A stretch of DNA of 64,000 bases from an uncultured Dehalococcoidia bacterium (GTDB lineage: Bacteria > Chloroflexota > Dehalococcoidia > Lucifugimonadales > GCA-2712585). Numbering within the stretch: position 1 is the stretch's first letter; every line of letters begins with the position of its first letter. Below the pieces are notes generated by a model that did no database searches, was not told where the DNA came from, and saw only the letters and a list, made by a program, of their open reading frames with translations. Positions 39,010-46,903 of this stretch are shown in pieces. The translations under genes and the position numbers were made by a program. The stretch lies in assembly GCA_964418665.1 (NCBI GenBank), contig CAYQLZ010000008.1, positions 29,924 to 93,923 of the forward strand, in the 5' to 3' direction.

Positions 39010-39453
39010 TCATGCGCTCACCAGGGGCCGCAGATCTCCCCTGGCGCGAAAATGGGGGTCGCTGGACTGCCCACTCTCGGCAAACGCCTCTATCGAGGCC
39101 AGTACCCTCGACATCGCTCCGTCATCGTCGCCCTGCTTGTAGTATGGCCGCACCCAGAACCCGCCGAAGGCCGATACCAGCTGCGGGTCGTCGTCAACCA
39201 CAAAGTCCGGCGCGAAAGGCACCTGCAGTTCCTCCAGCCGCTCCTGGTAGTCATAGAGTGGCTTCTGATACAGACCGGAAACCAGCTCTTCCAACCCGTG
39301 CCTGCGAACCGTCTCCCGCCTGATACCCATGCCCGACCAGACATAGACCCGGTGGCCCGATTCATTCAGCGTGGTCATCGTCTCCAGGACGCCGGGGCGA
39401 AGGGAATTGTCCATCCCCAGGATGGTCTGGTCTACGTCGAAGAAGATGTTCAT
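39010..39453 (-). CDS. HAD-like hydrolase (small, single-domain)
   Basis: N-terminal FFDVDQT (DxDxT) and FVVDDDP. The start overlaps the stop of the upstream ArsC-like gene (ATGA). Confidence 0.6.
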   Translation of the reverse strand: MNIFFDVDQTILGMDNSLRPGVLETMTTLNESGHRVYVWSGMGIRRETVRRHGLEELVSGLYQKPLYDYQERLEELQVPFAPDFVVDDDPQLVSAFGGFWVRPYYKQGDDDGAMSRVLASIEAFAESGQSSDPHFRARGDLRPLVSA

Positions 39454-39821
39454 AGACCTTCGTGCTGTGCCGATGAGATGACACTTTCGATGGCCTTCTT
39501 CCCGCCTCCCACAACCAGCTTGTCGCCCACCCGGAACATGGGACGCCTGATAAGCCGCGGTTCCTCGGCCATGAGCCGGACCAGGTCCTGGGGTTCAAGC
39601 GAATCCTTGTCCACGTCTAGCTTGCGGAAGCTCGGGCTTCGCCACGAAAACACCTCGGAAGGCGGCGCCAGCGTCAGAAGCTCCTCGATTTCAGCCTTGC
39701 TGAGCGTGTCCTTGAAGAAGTCTCTCTCCTCGAATTCCAGGCCCTGCTGCGAGAGCAACTCTCTCGCCTTGCGACAGGAACTTCAACGGGCCCACCAGTA
39801 TAGGGTTATTGCCTTTGCCAT
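39450..39821 (-). CDS. ArsC/Spx-family thioredoxin-fold protein with in-frame TGA (candidate selenocysteine, U-S-S-C motif)
   Basis: ATG at 39821 preceded by AAAGGAG. It reads MAKAITLYWWAR-TGA(39785-39783)-SSCRKARELLSQQGLEFEERDFF...LIRRPMF. The TGA aligns with the first Cys of the family CxxC motif. The ORF track sees only 39450-39758. Confidence 0.7.
39743..39778 (-). other. SECIS-like stem-loop downstream of the in-frame TGA
   Basis: The mRNA reads CCUG-ucgcaag-GCGAGAG-AGUUG-CUCUCGC-ag-CAGG. The 7-bp perfect upper stem starts 15 nt after UGA. Confidence 0.5.
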
Positions 39822-39865
39822 GTTTTCTCCTTTAGGAATTGATTGTGCTGTCCGAGTTGGATTGT

Positions 39866-42499
39866 CTACCCCGCCTCCCTGGCCATCGACTGCAACTCAT
39901 ACAGCTTGTTGATTGCCTCCAGGGGTGTCATGTTTGTCACGTCAAGTTTGAGCAGCTCCTCCACCAGCGGTGGGGTGAGGGAGAATAGCGGAATCTGCTG
40001 CTGTTTTTGTAATGGCGGCCCACCGCCGTTGATAGCCTTGGCCTGCGGCAGCGATTCAAGCGCCTCCAGAATCTCCCAGGCCCGGTGGACCACGGTTTGG
40101 GGCAACCCCGCAAGCTGCGCCACGTGCACACCGTAGCTCCTGTCTGCGCCGCCGGGAACTATCCGGTGCAGAAACACCAGCTGCCCGCCGCTTTCGCTCA
40201 CGGCGACGGTGTGGTTCTGCACCCTTGGAAGAGTCTCAGCCAGCTGGGTAAGCTCGTGATAGTGGGTGGCAAACAGGGTGCGGCACCCCATCTTGGGATC
40301 GTTGTGAATGTGCTCCGCGACCGCCCTTGCGATGGACAGGCCGTCGTAAGTGCTCGTTCCTCTGCCTATCTCGTCCAGAATCACCAGGGAGCGTTGGGTG
40401 GCCTGGTTGAGAATTGCAGCAGTCTCCACCATCTCCACCATGAATGTCGATTGACCGGCCGCTAGGTCGTCCTGCAGTCCCACCCTGGTGAAAATACGAT
40501 CCGCAAGCCCAATGGTGGCCGAATCCGCGGGCACGAAGCTGCCGATCTGCGCCATCAGCGTTATCAGGGCGGCCTGACGGATATATGTCGACTTGCCGGA
40601 CATGTTCGGGCCTGTGATGAGGAGAAGCTGTGTATCCTTCGAGGATAGCTGCAGGTCGTTGGGCACGAACGCCCCGGCAGGCAGGATCCTCTCCGCCATT
40701 GGATGCCGTCCCCCCCTGACGTCCAGGACCGGTTCTTCCACCAGTTCAGGCTTCACGTAACCATGGCTGTCCGCCGCCTCCGCGAATGAGGCCAGCACGT
40801 CAGTCAGGGCGATTCCGTCAGCCAGTTCCAGTATCCCTCTCGCATCCTGCCCCACCTGTGCGCAAATCCGGGAGTAAAGGTCCTGCTCCAACCGCTGGAT
40901 CCGCTCCTGTGCGTCCAGAATGCGAGCCTCGTACCCCTTCAACTCTGGAATGACGAAGCGTTCGCCGTTGGTTAGGGTCTGACGTCGCTCATAGCTGCTG
41001 GGCACCTGGTCAAGATTGGCCTTTCGGACCTCTATGTAGTATCCGAAGACCCGGTTGTATCCCACCTTCAGGGTGCGGATGCCCGTGGATTCCTTCTCGC
41101 GCCGCTCTAGACTGGCAATGAACTGCCGTGCCTCGCGCACCGAAGATCGCAGTTCGTCCAACTCGTCGGAAAAGCCTTCCTTCAGCACCTCGCCGTCTCC
41201 GGGACTGCCCGTAGCGCTTTCCTTCAGAGAACTCTCCAGCAGCTCTTCCAGGGCGTCGAATGAACGCACCCGCTTCCTTAGCCATGCCGCTGCTCCGTCC
41301 CCGTCCAAATGTGGCGAAATGGCTGAAGACGCCCGTAGACTTTCTTTCAGGGCCAGCAGGTCCCGTGGCGGTGCCGCTCCCAGCCGCACGCGGCTCATTA
41401 TCCGCTCGAGGTCGGATATCCGCGATAGCAGGGAGCGGACTTCCTGCCGCCGCAGCAAATTCGAGTGAAAGTAACTGGTCCCCTCCAACCGTCGGTTGAG
41501 GTTGTCCATGTTGAGCAGCGGCTGCCCAATCCAACGTCGAAGAAGCCTTGCTCCCATGGCCGTCCGGGTGAAATCCAGGGTCCCGAGGAGAGAATGCCCT
41601 CCCTCTCCCCAGCGCCCCCCGTCGAAGAGTTCCAGGTTGCGCCGGCTCTGTGGGTCTAGCGTCATATACTCGGAGACGGAGTAAGTCTTCAGGTCGGTCA
41701 CCTGGCTCAGAATCTGAGGCTGAGTTTCGCCCAGGTAACCCAGAATGGCACCAGCGCTACCCACGGCTAGAGGCAGATTGTCACAGCCGTACGCCTCCAG
41801 TGTCAGCGCTCCAAAGTGGTCCAGCAACGCTTGACGTCCTCCCGAGGGCTCGAACTCCTTGGACGGCAGCGGAACAGAGACGTCTACGTTCAGCTCGGTG
41901 AAGTCTTTGTCGGCTTTGGGTACTAGCAGTTCGGCGGGCGAAAGACGGTTCACCTCTGCTGGAAGGTGACTCAGAGGCAGCTGCGTTACCGCAAACTCCC
42001 CCGTGGTGATGTCAATATAGGCAAGACCCGCTTCAGGTCCCTCTACCAGCAGTGCCGCCAGATAGTTGTTGCTCTGCTGGTCGAGCATGGAAGGCTCTAC
42101 AACTGTTCCCGGCGTGACCACCCGCACAACGTTCCTGTCTACCAGACCCCTGGACGCGGATGGATCGCTCAACTGCTCGCAGATGGCAACCCTATGTCCC
42201 GCTTCTATCAACCGCGCAAGGTACGACTCCACCGAGTGCGCCGGAATTCCGGCCATTGGCACTCTGACGCCCTTCCCCATGCTCCTGGAGGTGAGAACAA
42301 TGTCCAGTGCCTTGGATGCCAGCTTGGCGTCTTCATCGAAGGTCTCATAGAAGTCGCCCAGGCGAAAGAGAAGGATGGCGTTGGGGTAACGCTGTTTGAT
42401 GCTGAGGTACTGGCGGCGGATGGGAGTCAAAGGTGTATTCCTGTTTGTACTGGCATTGTACCCGAAAGGGAAGTGCGTGGAAACTGTAGGTTCTTTCAC
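39866..42499 (-). CDS. mutS: DNA mismatch repair protein MutS
   Basis: 877 aa. Walker A is GPNMSGKSTYIRQ, and there is an N-terminal mismatch-binding domain (LFRLGDFYETF). GTG start. Confidence 0.95.
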   Translation of the reverse strand: MKEPTVSTHFPFGYNASTNRNTPLTPIRRQYLSIKQRYPNAILLFRLGDFYETFDEDAKLASKALDIVLTSRSMGKGVRVPMAGIPAHSVESYLARLIEAGHRVAICEQLSDPSASRGLVDRNVVRVVTPGTVVEPSMLDQQSNNYLAALLVEGPEAGLAYIDITTGEFAVTQLPLSHLPAEVNRLSPAELLVPKADKDFTELNVDVSVPLPSKEFEPSGGRQALLDHFGALTLEAYGCDNLPLAVGSAGAILGYLGETQPQILSQVTDLKTYSVSEYMTLDPQSRRNLELFDGGRWGEGGHSLLGTLDFTRTAMGARLLRRWIGQPLLNMDNLNRRLEGTSYFHSNLLRRQEVRSLLSRISDLERIMSRVRLGAAPPRDLLALKESLRASSAISPHLDGDGAAAWLRKRVRSFDALEELLESSLKESATGSPGDGEVLKEGFSDELDELRSSVREARQFIASLERREKESTGIRTLKVGYNRVFGYYIEVRKANLDQVPSSYERRQTLTNGERFVIPELKGYEARILDAQERIQRLEQDLYSRICAQVGQDARGILELADGIALTDVLASFAEAADSHGYVKPELVEEPVLDVRGGRHPMAERILPAGAFVPNDLQLSSKDTQLLLITGPNMSGKSTYIRQAALITLMAQIGSFVPADSATIGLADRIFTRVGLQDDLAAGQSTFMVEMVETAAILNQATQRSLVILDEIGRGTSTYDGLSIARAVAEHIHNDPKMGCRTLFATHYHELTQLAETLPRVQNHTVAVSESGGQLVFLHRIVPGGADRSYGVHVAQLAGLPQTVVHRAWEILEALESLPQAKAINGGGPPLQKQQQIPLFSLTPPLVEELLKLDVTNMTPLEAINKLYELQSMAREAG

Positions 42500-42509
42500 T
42501 CAACTCAAA

Positions 42510-42539
42510 ATTGACTTTGGCGGAAACCCGTACCTATAA
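42510..42539 (+). promoter_or_regulatory. near-consensus sigma70-type promoter
   Basis: TTGACT (42510-42515), 18-nt spacer, TATAAT (42534-42539). It would give a leader of about 100 nt before the ATG at 42643. Confidence 0.6.
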
Positions 42540-42642
42540 TGCCTCATCCCCTGAGGAACTTTGCGCCTTCAGACTGTTGCCATTATTGGGATTCTGCTCT
42601 GTAAAGCTGAAGTTTGTTTGAGTATCAGATAGGAGGTAACCT

Positions 42643-43209
42643 ATGGAATTAGTCTTCTTGTTAGTCTTGCCTGCAACTCTTTGGGCCCAGTCCTGGTATT
42701 TCCTGGACCTTTACAACAACACCAAGACTCTTGGCATTATGGCCGCTACTGCGGCTGTAATATTGGGAGGCTTGGTCATCTTCTCGGGAGGCAGCTTCAC
42801 TTCCCTGGTGGGAGGCCCGCCGGAAGTGGCGGACGTGGGCGCCGTCATGTCGACGTTCATAGCTCTCTGGGTTGTCTACCTGGTCATGTTGGCCGGGGTG
42901 CATCTTGGAGGATTTGACGAGCGTACCCTGGGACTCTACGCGCTGTTTCTCTCGGTTGTCTCCATCCTCTACACCGTCTACTTCTTTGCCGGAGGAGAAA
43001 TTCTCGGCGGCGCCCAGGTCGGCTACCTGATGCACTGGCCGCTTGCCATTGTTTCGGCCATGCTTGCCGTCTTCTCCCTGCTGGTATTCTTCCACCTGGC
43101 TCCGCCATACCCAAGGCTCCGTTACGTAACGGGTTGGTTCACTCTGGTGATCTCCATAGTGACCACCATTCTGTTCGGCCTGGTCCTCATGGGAGTTGCC
43201 GTTGACTAA
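42643..43209 (+). CDS. six-TM membrane protein, possibly AmiS/UreI-family channel
   Basis: 188 aa and about 6 TM helices. The block ALWVVYLVMLAGVHLGGFDERTLGLYALFLSV resembles the AmiS/UreI core as I remember it. Weak family call. Confidence 0.45.
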   Translation: MELVFLLVLPATLWAQSWYFLDLYNNTKTLGIMAATAAVILGGLVIFSGGSFTSLVGGPPEVADVGAVMSTFIALWVVYLVMLAGVHLGGFDERTLGLYALFLSVVSILYTVYFFAGGEILGGAQVGYLMHWPLAIVSAMLAVFSLLVFFHLAPPYPRLRYVTGWFTLVISIVTTILFGLVLMGVAVD

Positions 43210-43260
43210 GAATGTCGAATGTAGCTTCGTTGGCCAGAGGGCAGCAGTTTGACGTTAAGA

Positions 43261-43290
43261 GAAGGGGCCTCCGAATTCGGAGGCCCCTTC
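43261..43290. terminator. bidirectional hairpin terminator between convergent genes
   Basis: Perfect 13-bp stem GAAGGGGCCTCCG-AATT-CGGAGGCCCCTTC, followed by TTCGTAATT. It lies between the ends of 42643..43209 (+) and 43313..44044 (-). Confidence 0.6.
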
Positions 43291-43312
43291 TTCGTAATTG
43301 CTGAGAATCTGC

Positions 43313-44044
43313 CTACTGTTTCCAGAATCGCTCTTCTTTGACGGTGAATCCTCTGGGTGTCAGGCGGTCCTTCACGTCCTCTATCATGCCGGGGTGACCG
43401 CAGGCGTAAACCAGGGTCGTGGAGGGATCCAGTCCCAGCCTTTCAATCTGGTCTTCGACAATCTCGTTAGCACGACCTGAAGCTCCCGTCCAGCCTTCGT
43501 TCTTTGGCTCGCCCGGCCGGCTGACAGTGGGTATGAACGTGACCGTGTCCGGGTGCTCGGCAGCCATCTGCTCCAGTTCCTTATCGTAAACCAACTCGTC
43601 CTGGTAGCTGGCCCCTTCCAATACGTAAAAACGGTGTCCCTCCCCCTGGTTGTGGAAGTAATTCCTGAGCATGCTGACGAAGGGCGCCACCCCTGTTACG
43701 GTGGCGACCATGAGATGGGAGCTGAACTTTTCGTCAAAGGTGAAAATCCCCTTGCATCTGGGACGGATCGTCATCGTGTCCCCTTCCTTCATCTTCCACA
43801 TCAGGGGAGTCAGCGCACCGTCGGGATAGGGCACCAGCTCCACGAAGATTTCCAGGTCTTCCTCGTGGGGTGCAGACACAATCGAGTAGGCTCTCTCAAT
43901 GCCCTCCAAGCCCAGGGTGCAGTACTGGCCGGGTTTGAAAGTCATGGCGGTTTCCGGCCTCATCTTGATGATCATCAGGTCTTCGGTTATATCTTTTCGC
44001 TCAACTAGAGCGGCTGTGGGCAGGCTTAACTGTCTGCGCGCCAT
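43313..44044 (-). CDS. ferredoxin-NADP reductase-like FAD/NAD(P)-binding oxidoreductase
   Basis: 243 aa with the FAD motif RAYSIVS and an NAD(P)-binding half (MVATVTGVAPF). Confidence 0.75.
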   Translation of the reverse strand: MARRQLSLPTAALVERKDITEDLMIIKMRPETAMTFKPGQYCTLGLEGIERAYSIVSAPHEEDLEIFVELVPYPDGALTPLMWKMKEGDTMTIRPRCKGIFTFDEKFSSHLMVATVTGVAPFVSMLRNYFHNQGEGHRFYVLEGASYQDELVYDKELEQMAAEHPDTVTFIPTVSRPGEPKNEGWTGASGRANEIVEDQIERLGLDPSTTLVYACGHPGMIEDVKDRLTPRGFTVKEERFWKQ

Positions 44045-44087
44045 TACGTCCCCTTCGGTTCTAGATTCTCCCGCGGTTCCTGTACTT

Positions 44088-46898
44088 CTACGATTCCACC
44101 TTCACAAGCCGGGCGGCAGCGACGTTCAATCCCGCAATCTGAGACATCGGGTCCGGTGATTGGCTGGCTTCCAATTCGACCATTAGCTGCCCGAATAGCT
44201 GGGTTGATGAAACAACTCCTCGTTGCATCCCCTCCCTGAAGGCCACTCTCCCCTGTAGACTTGTTCCGTTGGACTGAATTTCCACCAGATCTCCTTCTCG
44301 GAGTCCCATCACCTGACCATCATCCCGATGCAGCTCGATTATCTCTTCACGCTCTATCCTGTTGGAAAGGCCTTTCAAGACCTTCATCTTCCTTTCGGAT
44401 TGTAGTAGGACGCGACCGGGAGTGAACAGGAGGGGGAAAGCTGCGTCCTCAGCCAACTCAGCCTTGCGGAATTCGGGTATGGGGAGCCGTGGCTTGCCAT
44501 CTCCAAATCCGTCGGCGAATAGAATCTCCACTCCAGGGCTTTCGGCCGTGGGGCAGGGCCACTGGATGCCGTGATATTCCTTATCGGAGTAGAGCACCTG
44601 GGTTGGTAGCGGGTTGCCCACGTCCGGACGGAATACCAGCCGTCCCTCCTTCTCTAACCTGGCATGACTAACCCCACCGTAAATGAGTGAAACGCGGGCG
44701 ATTTCGTCCATGACCGCGGAGGTATCGGGGTATTCAAAGCCTCTGTGTCCCATTCTCTTGGCAAGCTGGCAAATGGCCCACGACTCCGGCTTGGCGTCGG
44801 TGTTCTTGGGCGAAATGGTGGGCCTGACGGTCTGAATCCTGCGCTCCAGGTTGGTATATGTACCCGCCTTCTCGGCAAAGGTGCTGCGGGGCAGAACCAC
44901 GTCCGCTAACTGGGCAGCGTCACCCTGGAAACAGTCTACAACTACCAGGAAGTCCAATGCGTTAAGGGCGCCTAATGTTTGGCTGCTTGAATTTGAGATG
45001 TCCCCGACTAGGAATAGGGCCTGGACTCTTCCCTCGCTTAGGACGGCATTCCGGCTCAGCCCTTCCGACTGAACAATCCTGGCTGACCATTCCTCCTCTA
45101 CCCGTTGGCGCGCTTGGGCGTCGTCCAGGGATGCAAGACCGGGCAGATGATTAGGAACGCAGCCCACGTCCCAGGCCCCCTGGCTGTTCGCCCCCTGCTG
45201 GAGCGGGTATATGCCGGAGGCCGACTTGCCGATGCTGCCGGTCAGCAGCGACAGACCGGCGAGTGCATACACGCAGTCCTTGTGCAGTTCTTCGGGTACG
45301 TTGTCCATACCGTACACAATAGATGAGGGATCAGCCGGGCCGTACAGCCGGACGGCGGCGTCGATCTGGTCATGGGAGATGCCTGTCTGTGCCGAAATGT
45401 CCTCCATTTCCAATTGAGACATCGCCTCCCGCAGGTCGTCGAGGCCGGAGCAGTTCTCGTAGAGCCACTCGCGCCTCTCCAACCCCTGGTGCAGCAATGA
45501 CTTGACCAGCCCGTTCAGAAGCAGTAGCTCGGTGCCGGGCTTCGGGCGGAGCCACAAATCCGCGTAACGGGTTAGTTCGACTTCGCGGGGGTCGACGATG
45601 ACAAGTTTCGCGCCCTCCTTGACGGCCCGCTTGATAGGCACCGCCAGAACGTTGTGCTCTTCGGTAACATTTGCGTTGAAGACCAGGATGCAGTCCGCCT
45701 TCTCCAGGTCCCAGATGGGATTGGTCGCCGCGCCAACGCCCAAGACCTCTTGCAGGGCCTTCACGGCCTCCGGCTGGGTGTTTGTGGCATAGTCCACGTT
45801 ATTGCTGTTCATCACAACGCGAGTAAATTTCTGCGCGAGGTAGTGCTCCTCGTTTGTGCTGTCCGGGGCCGAAAGCATGGCGAAGGAATCACCTAGGTAC
45901 TGGTCCAGCCGGTCCGCGACGTAATTCAGGGCTTCTTCCCAGCTTGCCTTCTCCAGAGTCCCATTGCGTCTGATGAGGGGCGTCTTCAGCCGTTCCTTGT
46001 GGTTCACGAAATCGAGGCCGAATTTGCCTTTGAAGCAGCCCTGACCCCGATTGGCGGGAGAGCTAATCTCCGGCACGGAGCGGACCACTTTGCCGAACCG
46101 GTTCACTTCCAGGTTCAGCTGGCACCCCACCGGACAGTGGGGACAGATGGTGCGCTCTACCTGCTGGGCCTTCTCCCATTTGTGGTCGCTTTCCACCAGG
46201 GCGCCCACCGGGCAAACGTCAAGGCAGGCGCCGCAAAACTCGCAGCCGGATTCCAGCAAGGAGGTGCCATTTGAAGTTCCCACCAGGGCCTGTCCGGCAC
46301 GCTCCGTGAAGGTGATGGCGTTGTCGCCACGCACCTCTTCACACACACGCACACAGCGCCCGCAGACGATGCAGAGATTGTAGTCCCGGTCATAGAACGG
46401 GTCGCCCGTTTCCACGGGCAGATCACGGTACTTGTACTCCAGCGGCGATTCCATCTCCATGCCCAGATAACGCACGGTATCTTTGAGCTCGCACCGCTCG
46501 TTCTTGGGGCAGGTTACGCAGCGGTCGTTCACGGAAACGTGGCGAAGACAAACATCCTGGGGGCCGCAAAGGTCTACCCGGTGACAGGTGAGGCAGCCGT
46601 GGGGGTGGTCCGCTATGAGCAGCTCCATCACGTCTCTGCGTAGTTCGTGCACCTGTCTGCTGGAATTCCGGATCTTCATTCCGTCTGCAACGGGAAGAGT
46701 GCACGAAGCCGGAAGGCCCCGCCCGTTCTCCACCTCCACCACGCACATTCGGCAGGCGGCAAAGGGCTTCATGCCCGGGTGATAGCAGAGATACGGGATA
46801 TAGATGCCCGCCTCGATGGCAGCTTCCAGCACCGTTTGATCGCGGCGTGCCTTGACCTCTACTCCGTCTATTGTGATGGTAATTCGGTCGTCAGCCAT
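44088..46898 (-). CDS. NuoG/FdsA-like Fe-S + molybdopterin-family oxidoreductase subunit
   Basis: 936 aa with an N-terminal 2Fe-2S ferredoxin domain (CRMCVVEV), His-ligated and 4Fe-4S cluster motifs, and molybdopterin-oxidoreductase plus C-terminal MopB-barrel-like domains. No in-frame TGA. I could not find the FDH catalytic Cys/Sec-His. Confidence 0.75.
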   Translation of the reverse strand: MADDRITITIDGVEVKARRDQTVLEAAIEAGIYIPYLCYHPGMKPFAACRMCVVEVENGRGLPASCTLPVADGMKIRNSSRQVHELRRDVMELLIADHPHGCLTCHRVDLCGPQDVCLRHVSVNDRCVTCPKNERCELKDTVRYLGMEMESPLEYKYRDLPVETGDPFYDRDYNLCIVCGRCVRVCEEVRGDNAITFTERAGQALVGTSNGTSLLESGCEFCGACLDVCPVGALVESDHKWEKAQQVERTICPHCPVGCQLNLEVNRFGKVVRSVPEISSPANRGQGCFKGKFGLDFVNHKERLKTPLIRRNGTLEKASWEEALNYVADRLDQYLGDSFAMLSAPDSTNEEHYLAQKFTRVVMNSNNVDYATNTQPEAVKALQEVLGVGAATNPIWDLEKADCILVFNANVTEEHNVLAVPIKRAVKEGAKLVIVDPREVELTRYADLWLRPKPGTELLLLNGLVKSLLHQGLERREWLYENCSGLDDLREAMSQLEMEDISAQTGISHDQIDAAVRLYGPADPSSIVYGMDNVPEELHKDCVYALAGLSLLTGSIGKSASGIYPLQQGANSQGAWDVGCVPNHLPGLASLDDAQARQRVEEEWSARIVQSEGLSRNAVLSEGRVQALFLVGDISNSSSQTLGALNALDFLVVVDCFQGDAAQLADVVLPRSTFAEKAGTYTNLERRIQTVRPTISPKNTDAKPESWAICQLAKRMGHRGFEYPDTSAVMDEIARVSLIYGGVSHARLEKEGRLVFRPDVGNPLPTQVLYSDKEYHGIQWPCPTAESPGVEILFADGFGDGKPRLPIPEFRKAELAEDAAFPLLFTPGRVLLQSERKMKVLKGLSNRIEREEIIELHRDDGQVMGLREGDLVEIQSNGTSLQGRVAFREGMQRGVVSSTQLFGQLMVELEASQSPDPMSQIAGLNVAAARLVKVES

Positions 46899-46903
46899 TC
46901 AGG

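Noticed and set aside
44088-46898. Selenocysteine in the formate-dehydrogenase-like large subunit.
   Set aside because: The 936-codon frame is uninterrupted by TGA. The region where FDHs carry Sec/Cys-His does not contain Cys in my reading.
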